64,000 nt of DNA from the human T2T-CHM13v2.0 reference genome, Homo sapiens (GCF_009914755.1 NC_060925.1); one strand, 5' to 3'; positions 43,810 through 60,470 are shown, counted from the first letter of the stretch. Translations and numbers: made by a program. The notes: generated by a model from the sequence alone, not told the origin.

Positions 43810-44160
43810 TCTGATCCTTTGAAACCCTAAATAGAACAAAAAGGTAAAGGAAAGGCAAATTTGTTTTTGTTTTGAGATGGGATGTTCATCTCCTTCTGCC
43901 TTTGGACACTGGGTGCTCCTGATTCTCAGGCCTTTGGATTTGGACCTGGGTTTATACTATCAGTTTCCCTTGTTTTCAGGCCTTCAGACTCAGGTTAAAT
44001 TATGTCACAAGTTTTCCTGATTCTCTAGCTTATAGGCAGCAGATCATGAAGTCTGTGGTCTCCATAAGCATATGAGCCAATATTTATAATATATTTTTAT
44101 AGATAAATAGATAAATATCCTATTGGTTCGGAGTCTCCAAAGAATGTTAGATAATACATC
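43810..44160 (+). mobile_element. MLT2-type ERVL LTR (partial)
   Basis: aatagaacaaaaagg..ggaagg, gctcctgattctcaggcctttgga, atatcctattggttc. Confidence 0.7.
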
Positions 44161-44498
44161 TCTCTATTTCCTCAAGAATATAGCTAGAATATTTAAAAAT
44201 GTAGCATGGTAGTTAAGAGAAAAGCTTTTGAACAAGCAGAGACCTGGGTTCAAATTATAACTCAGCTTCTTACTAAATGTGTATCCTTGGACAAAAGCTT
44301 AAGCCCTATTAGCTATAGTTTCCTCCCTCTTAAAGCAGTACTGATATTAATACCTATTGCAAAGAATTTCTATAAAGTAATGTATGTGTATGTGTGTGTG
44401 TGTATGACAATGTCTTAAAAGTGAAGAGTGCCCAATAAGTGGAAAATTGCATTAATATTATTATCAATAAATATAATTACAATTGTGAATATACTAGG

Positions 44499-44928
44499 TA
44501 TATTAGTCAGGGTTCTCTAAAGGGACAGAACTAATAGGATAGATGTATTATTAAAGCGTATTGACACACTATCACAAGGTGGGGTACCACAATTGGCCAT
44601 CTGCAAGCTGAAGAGCAAGGAAACCAGTCCGAGTCCCAAAGCTGAAGAGAAACTTGGAGTCTGGTGTTCAAGAACCATAGAGCGTGGGAGAAAGGTGTAG
44701 TCCCGAAAACTAAACCAGTTTAGTCTTTCCACGTTCTTCTGCTAGCTTTTATTCTGACTGCACTGGCAGCTGATTAGATTGTGCCCACCCAGATTGAGGG
44801 TGGATCTGCCTTTCCCGGTCCACTGACTCAAATGCTAATCTCCTTTGGCAACACCCTCACAGACACACCCAGGAACAATACTTTGCATCTTTCAATCCAA
44901 TCAAGTTGACACTCAATTAAACATCACA
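44499..44928 (-). mobile_element. MLT2A/B-type ERVL solo LTR
   Basis: tattagtcagggttctct.aagggacagaactaatagga ... tccaatcaagttgacactc..aacatcaca. Confidence 0.85.
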
Positions 44929-46758
44929 TATGGTATTTTATTATTACTAGTAAAAATTTGATTAATAAATGCAGTGCAATGTTAGGTAAAATAAATATAT
45001 TTAAAATTAACAGGGAATAAGTTAGCAGTTTCTGTCCTCTCCAGGCCAGAAGGCATATATTTCCTTAATCCTGTGTATTCACTAAGAGCACATTTACAAG
45101 GTAACAGGAACATCAACACACGATGAACTTTTTTTCTCTGTTTTATTTTCCCTTGTTTTTCCCACAGCTTGGAATTTTTTTTTATTACATGCATGCACAC
45201 ACACACACAGAGAACTAGGAAAATTACTTTATGTTCATAATTTGAAATGAAGGTATGTTTAATCACAGAAGTTTTTAAGGCAGGCTAATAAAGCAATCAG
45301 ATTTAAGTTGTAAGAACAGCTCAGTTTGCAGTAGGGAAAGAAGCTTGAAGTTGAGAAAGTATGGATGTAAGACAGGTAGTGTTAGCTATATTATTTTTTA
45401 GGGATATTGATAATATTTAGGAAATGATTATGTATTGAAAAATTTAAAAGTAGAGAGGACAGAGAAAAAATGGTGTGACCCTTTCACATAATGGAGCTTT
45501 ATGTAGATCAGCTCTGTAAAAATATTGCACTTACAACAGCATCAATTAGTCAATAAATTGGAAAAATAATGACATTTTTCGTGTCACTTGAAGAATATTA
45601 AAAATACATGACTTAAACTCAGTGATACTTCTTGCATTTCTTTTTCCCTCTGTCCTCTTGTTCTTCAACCAAGTATCCCTTAAAGCCTTTCTCTTACCCA
45701 GACCCCCTGCACCCACAATCAACAGGTTTTCTCTGATTTTTCTTCTCTTCTGTATCCCAGACTTTTATTTGATAGCATTAACCCTTTTTATAAGATCTCT
45801 CCTTAACTTGTCTTTCCATTTTATTTTAAAATATCATAAGATTTAGGAGTAAAAGTAATGAAAGGATTGTGGCACAAAAGTGGGGAAATCACACTGACAG
45901 CTATAGGATTTGTGTTGGCAGGCTAGAGAAGGGTAAAAATTTATTAACATTTGCACAGTAATAAGCTTTATCCTATCCCAGCTGAATCATGAGCCCTGGA
46001 GAAAAATCGCTTTTTATAAAGCATGTATGACATGAAGACTCAGCAAGAGAAAGAAGCGTCAATGAGGTAGGATAAAAAAGAGTTTGGAATCCTAAAAGCC
46101 AAAGAAGAGAGCTTGAAAGAGTTGTTGCCTAACACAATTGGTCGATTGTCTAAAACAATCAGAATGCAGCATGGCGGTATGTTGGTTTATTCATTCAACA
46201 GATCATTTTTATGTTTATTACTTAATATGTACAATGCATTTGATCACAGTGAATGCAACATCTAGGTTTTTTATGTATCATGAAAAAACTGATTATTTAA
46301 TGAGTAACAATTAAATTGCTTATTGATCAATACTTGGATACTCAATTTAAAAATTTGAGTCATTCTTCAACTATAGAAGCTAGAGGCACCATGGATAAAA
46401 CTTAGTCTTATGAAGGATACTTTTTAAATTACCAGGTCTTACAGACAAATATTTTAATTGCTTTAAAATTAAAGTAAATGTTTATGCAGAACATTTCAAC
46501 AAAATGAATTTACTTTGAATAACTTGAGTGGCAGAAACTGTAATTAATAAAGTCAGATTGAAAAATATGTCTAATTGAGTAATGATTAAATAGAAGTTAT
46601 TGACGTTAGCTATTGCTGAATTTGTTTCCTTTTGTTTGGTTTGGTTTGGTTTGGTTTGGTGAGCTTTGGGAGACCAGTTTGAATAGAAGGTTGATAGGAA
46701 AAGACAGATTGCTGAGAGCTGAAGGTGAAGAGGAACCAGCAACTATACAGAATCTCAA

Positions 46759-47733
46759 CTAAAATATCTTACTTGAGGTCCCTGGTCTTACGGAAAAAAA
46801 TATCTTAGCTTGACCTATGTGCTTTTTTATAGCTTCTTTTATTTCTTTATTCCTCAGGCTATAGATAATGGGGTTGAAGAAGGGAGACAAAACTGCAAAG
46901 GCCAGAGCAATGGCTATATCCCAGAACAAAGAGTAGGTGGCAGAGAAGCGTAGGTACATGAGAGTCACACTGCCAAAGAAGAGCGAAAAGACAATGAAGT
47001 GAGAGACACACGTGGAAAATGCTGTGCGGCGGCCTCCAGCTGAATGAATACGTAGAATTACAGCCACAATACCATCGTAGGACATGAAGATGAGCATCAC
47101 AGCTGTAATAATCTCCACTGCATGAATGACATCCACTACCTGAATCATGACGATGGCTCGTGTGTCTGTGCAGGCCAGACGCAGCACTGGGAGGAAGTCA
47201 CAGAAGATATGTTCAAGGTGATTCGAACCACAAAATGGCAGTGTAGAGATCCAGGCAATCTCAGGAAGGGGTGTGATAAAGCCACAAACACAGCAACTTA
47301 AAGTCAGTTGGGTACATAGCTTGGGGGTCATGATAGAGGGATAATGAAGAGGGCTGCATATGGCCAGGTAGTGGTCAAAGGCCATAACTGTCAAGAGACA
47401 CACCTCACAGATGCCGGTGGAATGGAAGAAATACATCTGCAGGAGACAACCATTGAAGGAAATGCTCCTCTCACTAAGCAGGCTAGACAGCATCTTTGGG
47501 ATTGTGGCTGTGGTATACCAAATCTCCAGGAAAGAAAGAGCACTGATAAAAGTATACATGGGAGTGTGGAGGTGAGTATTCAACTGGACCACTGTGATGA
47601 TGACCAGGTTTCCAACAACAATGAAAGCATAGATGAAGAGCAGTGGAACAAAGCAGACAACAGACTTAACCCAGGAATAAGGGAAAGCGGAGAAGATAAA
47701 CTCCTGAATGGTGGTTCGATTGGGGCTCTCCAT
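46759..47733 (-). CDS. OR6K2: Olfactory receptor 6K2, 324 aa, single coding exon
   Basis: first ATG at 47731-47733 (MESPNRTT, N-glycosylation sequon); GN, LHTPMY, MAFDHYLAIC, AFSTCVSH and PFFNPIIYSLRN motifs; open to TAG. Confidence 0.95.
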   Translation of the reverse strand: MESPNRTTIQEFIFSAFPYSWVKSVVCFVPLLFIYAFIVVGNLVIITVVQLNTHLHTPMYTFISALSFLEIWYTTATIPKMLSSLLSERSISFNGCLLQMYFFHSTGICEVCLLTVMAFDHYLAICSPLHYPSIMTPKLCTQLTLSCCVCGFITPLPEIAWISTLPFCGSNHLEHIFCDFLPVLRLACTDTRAIVMIQVVDVIHAVEIITAVMLIFMSYDGIVAVILRIHSAGGRRTAFSTCVSHFIVFSLFFGSVTLMYLRFSATYSLFWDIAIALAFAVLSPFFNPIIYSLRNKEIKEAIKKHIGQAKIFFSVRPGTSSKIF

Positions 47734-47844
47734 CTCCAAGTTGAAAGTGAGAGTTTCAATTTCCAGTGCACTCAAGCCTTCTAGGAGGCATCTACTATTG
47801 GATAAAGGAATACACTTACAAGAAGCCAGCGTCTGAATAGAGCC

Positions 47845-47878
47845 CTGTAATGGGGATAGAGAGGAAGACAAGGAAGAA
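47845..47878 (-). promoter_or_regulatory. Probable splice acceptor of the OR6K2 coding exon (implies upstream non-coding exon(s))
   Basis: ttcttccttgtcttcctctctatccccattacag|GGC, 111 nt upstream of the ATG. Confidence 0.65.
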
Positions 47879-47967
47879 GGACATGGTCCATATTCTATAG
47901 TTGCTTACGACTTAAGTTGTAGTGTGGAAAAAATCCAGTCAGAAAGCACAGTCAATATTTTGGATGT

Positions 47968-48155
47968 GAGATTCTCAGATATATTAACATGCATCAGAAT
48001 CACCTGGAGGGCTTGTTAAAACTCATATTGCTGGTCCTCATACTGAGAGTTCGGTCCTAATCTGTAGTTCTGAGGTAGGACCCAAGAATTTTCATTTCTA
48101 ACAAATTTTCAGGCAATGGTGGTCCTGCTGGTCAGGGGACTATATTTTAAAACAA
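47968..48155. mobile_element. MER5A-like hAT DNA transposon remnant
   Basis: gcatcagaatcacctggagggcttgttaaaac...aagaatttt.catttctaacaa. Confidence 0.8.
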
Positions 48156-49127
48156 CTTTGTTTAGGCGAATATAGAATTAGACAGAGCATTGAAGGAATA
48201 ATCAATAATTAAGAGGACGTTCTTTTCGATATTTAAATCTTATTGATTCCCTAATAATCTCCCCACATTGTTCCATATATTTTTTCTTCAAGCTCCCAGT
48301 TTATTGGATTCTTGGCATATGATTTGATTGGCATATTTTTATAATAAAGACAAAACCATTACTGGTGAATTCTTTCAACCCTCTTTCTCTAATAACTCTT
48401 CCTCTCTTCATATGTATATTCTTAACCATAATTCAGAGAATATTTGGAGAAGAAAAGCCATATAAATAATCATAAGTTATTTTACCTTGTTTTATAAGAT
48501 AGTCTATTCTATCTCCTTCCTTTCCTTCTCTTCTCCGTCTTCTTGGTAAGGAGATCTTAAAGGGGTTTTGTACCAGAAGCCTTTGGTCAAATGTAGTAAC
48601 TTATGAAAACTAACTATATTAATAAATAAATGCTTAATATAGTTGTACACTTGCTCTGGTACAATTGAATGGTGGTAGTTAGAAGGAAGGGCAGAGCTGC
48701 AGTGCCCTGTAGAATACAATTTAAACTACACACATTATAGGAAATTGTCCTATTAATTTATTCTCTTTTCAGAATGTTTTGTTTTACTTTATTTGTCTCT
48801 TCTGCAATCAAACATGCACATTTCTTCTTATCTTGGGAGAAAATACTGTTTCTATTCAGGTTATTTCCCTCCTTTGTAACAACTGCATTATTTTTCCAAT
48901 GTGTAAAAGGTATTTATTCTATTCATTCTTCTTTGAATCTCTGAATAATGTATCCACCCTCAACTTCCCATATCTCTTTTCTTAAGGTATACTAGCGACT
49001 TTCTCATTGAAATTTAATGGCCTCCCTCTGTCTTCATTGCCACTAACTTCCAAAGGTCAATTGCCCAATGTTTGAAATTCCTTTTTTTGCCTATTTGACA
49101 CCACACTATCCTGGTTTTCCTCACTGA

Positions 49128-49653
<526 letters not shown>

Positions 49654-49724
49654 GTGACCTCCACATTTTCTTCAGACTTTCTTACTTAGAAACCTCACTT
49701 TGACCCAAACGTACATCCTCACCT

Positions 49725-50532
<808 letters not shown>

Positions 50533-53500
50533 CCCTTACCCTCAGCACTAAACCAGTTTCTCTTGCTGACTTTTTAAATTTTTGTCCACCTAGATAACAA
50601 CTTTACTCATTTTATGTCTATTATTCCTTACACTCTCAAACCAAATTAATCATCAAGGTCTGCACAATTTGTTTATTTTTTACTATATCACTAATATCTT
50701 TTATTTCCACTCTTTTTACCCTAATTGGATGCCTAGTCATAATGTATACACTATTGCAATGAGTTTCCAGAAGTTTCTGCATCCAGTCTTACTTTTGGCT
50801 ACCCAAGCCTCCATTCTCTGAAGGTCATCTTTGTGAAGCTAGTTTCCTCTTGTGACTCTCCTCTCATATCTATACTTAAGTATCATTTTCTCATCATTTT
50901 CTTCATCCAAATTGTCTCTTCTTTAAAAGTGAAACAACCTCATATCCTCTAGGGTAACTCTTTCCTAATCACCGAATCAGGAAATAATAAATTCCCTTTA
51001 TTGTCTGGCATTAATAATAGTCTGGCTTTCTATACACTTTAAGAAATGGAAATTTATTAATAACTTCCTATTTATATTAGCTATACATGCATTTGTTAAT
51101 TGATTATATGACTAAGTCCCATCAAACTCCTATTTTTTTACACACAAAAGTTAGCATCATCTTCCTTTAATATGGTCCTAAAATTTATTTATTGTTATTT
51201 TGTGCAGAAAACAGAGAGACCTTGTCTCCTGTTGCTATTGAAACTTGCAAATTATCTATCCAGTTTAGCAAAACTGTTATTTCAAACATGTAACATACGT
51301 TTTTCTGGTCTCTGAACATTCCTAAAAGGAATCTCCTTCCTCTCCTTTCCCCTCCAATTTCTGAATTTCTGCCTCCATGTTTCCTAAGTTCTACATGTGT
51401 CTTTTCAAGTTTTAACAAGTGTGTGTGTGTGTGCACACATAGAGAGAGATGATGTGTGTATTACATATATATATATATACTCCTATAAAAATATTTTTAA
51501 GTGTTCTTGAGTTTTTACATACTCATCTGATTTTTCCATAAGTCTTAATGTCTCTAAAAGTAGTCACCACATCTAACTATGGCCCTCAGGACAGGGTTTT
51601 ACAAGTTGAATCGGGCTATGAGTTCAAGAAGGTGCCTTCTGAACAGACCCAGACCTAATTCCCTAATCTTTTGAAGAGATGCAATTATGACAAAGAAATA
51701 ATCAGTAAGATTTAAACCAAAAAGAAACACATTCAACTTTACCTATTGAACACTCTATCTACATGCAAAATTGAGTAATAGTAAGTCTAGTGCAAATGTC
51801 AATGACATTAAATGACCGAAAGATAACTGGAAATCTCACCTGATTGCTGCAACATTTATTCCTGAAATATATCAGAAGTTAATCACAATACTTATTTGGT
51901 TTTAAAGATATCCTTTGAGCTTTGACCCTATTTGAATCCCACCCCTTACCTAGGATATTTAGTAACTGAAATCTTTACACTTTGTATTAACTTGCCCTAT
52001 AATACTCTTTCCTAAGTCCTCCTCGCTCAAAACCTTCCCAACAGCTATTCTGAATATCTATAGGCATATTTGGATATCTGTTTTTACACAGTTGTGTTAT
52101 TCTTCCTCTATCTCTTATTCCCCAAAATGAGTTAATTCACTGACCTTGCTGCTGTTGGGTTCTGGAGTTAAAATAAACATGGATGAAGACTATCTTTTCT
52201 ACTTTGATAAGGGTTATATAGAGCTACTAAGACAAACTTTCTTGCTCTTCTGCCATGTTTCTACCCTGAGTCCCTCAAGATGAATTTCCTTTATTCAGTG
52301 ATATATAGATCTGACTCTTTCTGTAGAATTCTTCTCTCCCTCTTTCCCTCTCCTCTCTGTCTTTGTCTCCTTCTATCTCTCTTTCCCTCTGTATGTGTGT
52401 ATGTGGGTATGTTTTCCTAAGCATAACTAGAATAAGAAGATAGACTCTCTTGGGAATTCTACACAGATGACTCAAGATTTAAGTAGGAAAACAACTATCC
52501 CTATAATGGCTCCAATTAGGTAAAGCAGTTTAGGCTGGTAATTAGGGAAACCCTACTACTGCCAGGAAACTCCAATTCACAGAGTTGTAGGCATCAGAAT
52601 AAATGTTCTTTTTAAAAACTTCTTTTTTCTGTGGCACCTTTTGTTGGACTGAATTTTTAATGAATCAAAATGCTAAAATCCAAGACCCAGGTTTGAGGGA
52701 TGTTCATACAATAGAGGGAAGGAGATAATGAAAGGAGGGAGCTAGACTCACATCCTGTTTGTTTCCAGGCCATTTTCCCCACCTTAGAAAAAACAATTGG
52801 TCTTCCACATGTTCCATCTGCTAGTTCCTATTGAAATTTGGGGCCAATATTTTATCTAATAATGTTGATTTTCTCTTGTTTTACTTTCTTTATGCACAGA
52901 GGTCAGAGACATTTCTAGGCAGAGAAATGACAGGCAGGGAAGTCTCCCAAGGCTAAAGCAAATTAACAGCATTGTGTGCTAGTCCCATCAAAATTGTTTC
53001 CACTTTCCTTCATTTATTCATGAAAACTTTGAGAATAAAAAGATTAATGTGATATGATTCCCTTTTTAACAAAATCAATATGTACCATAGAATAAAGAAA
53101 TGCTGACAAATTTGCATTTTGCAAAATGTTAATCTCCCAAGTAGATATCAAAACAAAGTGCTGGAAGGGGGCAATTAATTCTCCCTCATGAATTCAGAGG
53201 AGGCTTGACCAAAAATAACTACATCTGAAAGAACATAGCTTGCTAAGATACCTGACTTGGAAATGGTGAGATGAAGATCCAATTTCAGCTCTGTTCAACT
53301 CCCAAAGAACACATTCTTATGTAGGTAAGGATCAGAAGCATGAAAAACAGAAGGCCTGCCTGCAGGTACTGGTGTCAGTAGGGTGTGTGCTCCCTTCCTA
53401 TGCTCTGCAGAGCTGTCTCTGCGTAGGTGCTGTCTTAGGAAATCAGGATCTGACAGACAGATCTTACCTTTCATTTTAGGAACGAAGGTCCCTGTTTCCT

Positions 53501-55139
53501 TTTCCAGCTCTTCTCTTCTCTTTCTATTAACTTTTAACACTGTTAAGAGGTTTCTTATATAAAATTCACAAAGTCAAGGTCCTAAAGTGCTGGATTTGTT
53601 CACTTTTAATCAAAAATATCTGTTATGAAAACCCAACAAACGCACACACAATTATGTTCAGGAATACAACTCTTCCTATGCTTTCCTCCTGTTAGTTTTT
53701 TTCATGTGTGTTTTGGATGGGAAAGGGAAAAGTAAATGGGTAAATTTCTGTGAATTTTCAGACTTCAGATGAGGAGGGTGATATCAACATAATGAAGACA
53801 GCAATGCAATGAATTAACCAAGAAGGTTTGGCAGTCCACAGGTGATATGGATAACAAGAGTTGAAGATCAAAGACCAGTGGTTACAGATACCTTCAGAAA
53901 ACATTATTTGTTGACTGAAAGAAAACTAGGCAAACTAGGTTGTTATACAGATGACCTTAATAATAAAAGAACATTTATTAAACCCTTACTATGGGTCAGG
54001 AACTCCATGTACTATTTAAACTCATTTAAGAACTATGATTATGCCAATTTTACAAATAAGAATAGTGTGGTATAGAGAGGTTAAGAATCCTTCCTAGGGT
54101 CACACAACTGGTAAGCGTTAGAATTAGAGTTCTGCTCTAGAAGTTTAATGTCAGAGCGTCTGCTATACTTTACTGTCATTGTCTCTGTTATTTGGACTGT
54201 GTCTTTTTTGACAGAAGAGTGGCTACTGGGCTAAAACTGTTGCTTTAGCTCTGTGCTCCGAGTCATAGAGAATGTTTCAAGAAAACCTACTCTCTGTCCC
54301 ATGAGGGAGAAATGATTAACTACTTTCTTTTACCTGAAGAATGGTAATAAGAAGTATCTTACTTTGTCTGGAATTTTAATAGCATTGGATAAAAAAAGAA
54401 TAAAATATGGGGTGCTCAGTAATCTGGAAAATAGCGGAGTGGTCCTATGAAAGTAGGCAAATGTGGAGACTCTTGTAGGCCTTACAGTCCTTTCATTGTA
54501 ATTGTTAACATTGTTTAAAATATGTCTCCGGAGGAAACTTGACATGAATTTAACTTATAGGTTATAAAGATAATAGCATAGACTGTTCTTATTCATTAAA
54601 AGGGCTTTTAACATCTGTGAGCAAAACACTTGAAAATAGTTTTACATGTTTTTTATAATCTACTTTATCATTGTCTAATATATTAATCTCATGTAAGCAC
54701 ATGGCTATTTAATAGAATAGAATTTTGCAGGGGGCTGTCCAAAGTGCTAATCTCATTCTAGCTTTTAGGGAAGATACAGTAATAAAAGATGCAATTGCAT
54801 GTTGAAAGTCTTAAAATGGTTTTACAATAAAGGATGTAGGTGTTTTAAAACCTAGAAGTAATGACATTTATTTAGTTAGCTACCTATTCCTGAGTATAAA
54901 TGTGCTTGAATAGACTTTTCGTCATATTTTTAAGGTTCACATAACTGATTTATAAGAGTTATATTTTTTGTATAAATTCAAATCACATATATTAATTATT
55001 TGACAAAATCATTTAAATTGAATTGCTTCATTTTTTGAGTATCCTTATTGACATATAGATTTTATAAGCTTATTTTTAATTGAAACATCTATGTTTCAAT
55101 TGTTATTTATTATTTTATGTTTTGCTCCAGAATTTTTTT

Positions 55140-56827
<1,688 letters not shown>

Positions 56828-58444
56828 TGCTCCAGAATTTTTTTAATGTAATCATCCTTTGAGCCCTCAAGACAGTACATTCTCTTCTTAAATTTATCCT
56901 GCCCCATGATATGGAGTAAGCTCTTTTTCAAGAAGTTCCAGTTTCCTTATTAAAAATAACTATTAGTAACTCAAATGAACATGTTAGGGAAATAAATGGC
57001 ATTTTTTTTGTCCCTTGAGTATTATTTCATATGAGAATAGACAGCTAGAAATTTATTTTTCTAAACTTGTTTCACGTTGACAACTTCAACTGGATGCTAA
57101 CATTGTTTTTCAACATACAATGGTTTAGTAATTCTGTAATTAAACTATAGTTTACACTTATATCAGTTAGGCATGCTCTTAGCTTATTCAATTCCTGATT
57201 TAAAAAACTATTCTCCTGGACTTTTCCTTATGGTTACAAAGTTAATCTCTAAGTTTCAGGCATCACTTCCACATTCAAGGCAAAATGTTGTGTGATTGGG
57301 AGGCAAACAGCAAAAGCTATCCCGAAAACCCTAGTAGATTTCTGCCTGTAACACAATGGGAAGAACTCATTTACAAAGGTGGACAAAGAGTAATTGGTTT
57401 GAATATGGTTTTTGGAATAGACAGTTGAGCCAGTTTTTAGATTTGGAATTTAAAGATCTGTACAATTTTAAGTATTAAATTTGTTTTATGAGACTTTATA
57501 AGGAAACATTAGTTTTTAATATAGTAACACATTTAGTTGAAAATATATGATTACATTGAATTCTGTTATTGTTATAGATTACAAAATCAGATAGTGGTAG
57601 CCTTCAAGTTGTTTATAAAAGCATGTATAGGAAATGTATATAATTTCAGCCATTTTAGATTTATTTAAAAAGTTCAATATTTTACTAAATTATGTGTATA
57701 AATATTCATTTTTAAATTATGAATAATTATAAAAGAATAAAATATGTGGTTGTTTTTGAATGAATTGAAATTCATAAAATAAAGAGCTCAATGGAAAATA
57801 ATTGGCAACAAATAATAAAGTAGTTAACAACAACAACAAACTACGATTGACTGTTAGATATATGTCAGTTTATTATTCTCTGGTAATTTTTAAATATATG
57901 AATACATGTATTTTTTGCCTAATTAGATTGACAATGAATACAAGAAGCGGTATACACTATGTGGGATAACGTGTTGAAATAGGAACTTCCAATGAATGCT
58001 ACTGGATAGATATAGTGTTTTAAAATATTTGGAATGGTGATTTGTCATTATTTGCTCAATTTTTAATCTTGAATAATATTGGATACTGTAGTTATACTTC
58101 TAAGAATTGATTTCACAATAATATTGCAGTATTCAAATTTGTATATCAAGTTTCACTGCAGCCCCATTTAAAATTAGAAGTGTTTGAAAACAATCTAAAT
58201 TTCCATCGATAAGGAATAAAATAAATAACATAAGGTGCATGCAAGACATAACACAGAATATTATGCTGCAGCGGTTTTATAGGGAAATAATAGATCTGTA
58301 TGCTGTGATTATAAAAATAGAGTCATAAACAAATATTGGAAAGACATAAACATATTGTCAACTCAGAAAGCAAATATCAAAACACTAATTTCATGTGTTT
58401 TTTTGAAAAATACACTTTTACATCTAAGTTTATACTGAAATTTA

Positions 58445-58750
58445 TTTTTTGTGTGCTATCACGTGCTAGATCTTGTTTATTCTTTCCATTTTTTATGCCA
58501 ATTAACCATCCCCACTCCCCCTCCAACCTCTCCACTTCCCTTCCCCGTCTCTAGTAACCATTATTCTACCATCTCCATGAATTCAATTGTTTTTATTTTT
58601 AGCTCCCACAAAAGAGTGAGAACATGCAAAGTTTTTCTTTCTGTGCCTGGCTTATTTCACTGAATATAATGACCCCCAATTACATCCATGTTGTTTCAAA
58701 TGACAGAATCTCATTCTTTTTTATGGCTAAATAGCACTCCATTCTGTATA
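58445..58750 (-). mobile_element. L1MA-type 3'UTR fragment
   Basis: ctttctgtgcctggcttatttcact.aatataatgacc.cca...cagaatctcattcttttttatggct. Confidence 0.75.
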
Positions 58751-60414
58751 TTTTTATGTATTTCCCTTTAATTCTACTTATCCTCATTTTTATACACTAT
58801 TTAAATTAACTTGACAAATATTTTCTCTATGTATTCTTATAAAACATGTGCTTTTGTTTCATACCCATGTACTTTTTATTTATGTAAATGGTGTTGGTTT
58901 CATTGTATTGCTTATTTTTACCTTTTAGTATTATTTACAGGAATTATTTTTGTTTCTTTGAGTTCAATAGCTCATAATATTTAACACCTGCATGCTTCTC
59001 TGAACTATTCATTTGGCGTATGTTAAGTACCTGTTTTCTCCGTGATAAGCTCCAGATTGCCTCCAAATACTCTACATTCTGGAGAACATCTTCAGGTATG
59101 TCAACTTATAAACATGTGTAAAAATGTCTTTGACAAATATTCCTAGAAGCAGGATTATTAAAACAGAGGATACACTTGAACTTCATTTCTACCAGATTTT
59201 TCTCCAAAATGGCCACACCAGTTTACATTCTTATCAGTTGTGCATGTATTTCTTTGTCTCTTCATCTGCTCTAACACTTGGCCTTAATAAAGATTTTTAA
59301 GCATCTCTTCATGTAATTACTAGACTTTCAAGTTTATGTGCCTGTAAATTGTTTGTCTATATCATTTGCCAAATTTCTTCTGTTTTCTCTATTTTCTCAC
59401 TTCTTTAAAGAGGTCATATTTTTTTCATAAAAGTACAATAAATTTTCCATCCAAAACAAACTAAATAAATGTGAACTAAGAGGTAGGATTATGATTTCAG
59501 ACAAAGATACACTGGCCAACTTACCTAACACAGCAGTTTCTAGTTATAGAATATCATGTAGAATACATCTGAATTTTGTGCTATTTGGAGTAACCCAAAA
59601 CATTTGCTTACATACGGATGGTAAGCAATAAGGATAAAGTAAAATGTTCTATAATTCTTTCATCTCTTGTACATATTTCTTATTTCTATACAGTATGAAG
59701 AGCTTTTGGATTTAGCTTTTATTTTAAAAGACTTTTTAAATGCCGTAACTTTATTTTCAAGCACAGATCAAGTAAAGGTGATTATGAGCCACAAAAATGA
59801 TGAAGAAAATGTTACAAAAAGGAAAATGCAACTTGCAAAGATTGACTCCTTTGTATCTCTTCACAACCCAGCACTCAGTCTCAAGTCTTCAGCACCTGCT
59901 CTATTTATAAATAAGCTAAAATCTGTTTAACGGGTAAAAAGTCTTTAGCATATAAATGAGCAGAGTGTGGTTAAATAACAACACATTTGACACAGATAAA
60001 CTTTCTGAAAATGATAGAATTGTTTTAAAAATTAACAATACAATTCAAAAGTGTATACAACTCAACAGATTATCTTATGATTCAGATAGTAAGTACTATA
60101 TATTAAATTTATGCAATCTCAGAATGGTACATTGTCAAATGAAGTACACACACAACCAAGTATAGTGACTTATCAAATGTTTTACACATGGGTACTAAAA
60201 CAACAATTAATTAGCTTTGTGCTAGTAAATCTGTAAGTGAGAGGCAACAGGATAAGATAGGCTACACTTCAGATTCTGGACCCCAGGCACCAGGCTTTAG
60301 GCAGGTTGGGTTCAGGTGACCTTTACATGTTCTCATTCTGTAAACCCGTGGCTCTCGGGGCATGGCTTCATATGGGTTTAGTGTTGAAAGGGAAGGAGCT
60401 ACCTAAGGCAAGCA

Positions 60415-60470
60415 TGACATCGTTTGGTTGTGTCCCCACCCAAAATCTTATCTTGAATTATAATCCCCAG
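60415..60470 (+). mobile_element. Short THE1/MST LTR 5' fragment
   Basis: tgacatcgtttggttgtgtccccacccaaaatcttatcttgaatt. Confidence 0.65.

Noticed and set aside
47344-47784. 146-aa ORF antisense to OR6K2
   Set aside because: A shadow ORF of the receptor coding strand with no recognisable domain.
47734-47871. 370-aa version of the OR6K2 ORF with a 46-aa N-terminal extension
   Set aside because: It starts at a non-ATG codon inside the polypyrimidine tract of a splice acceptor; the first ATG gives a typical 324-aa receptor.
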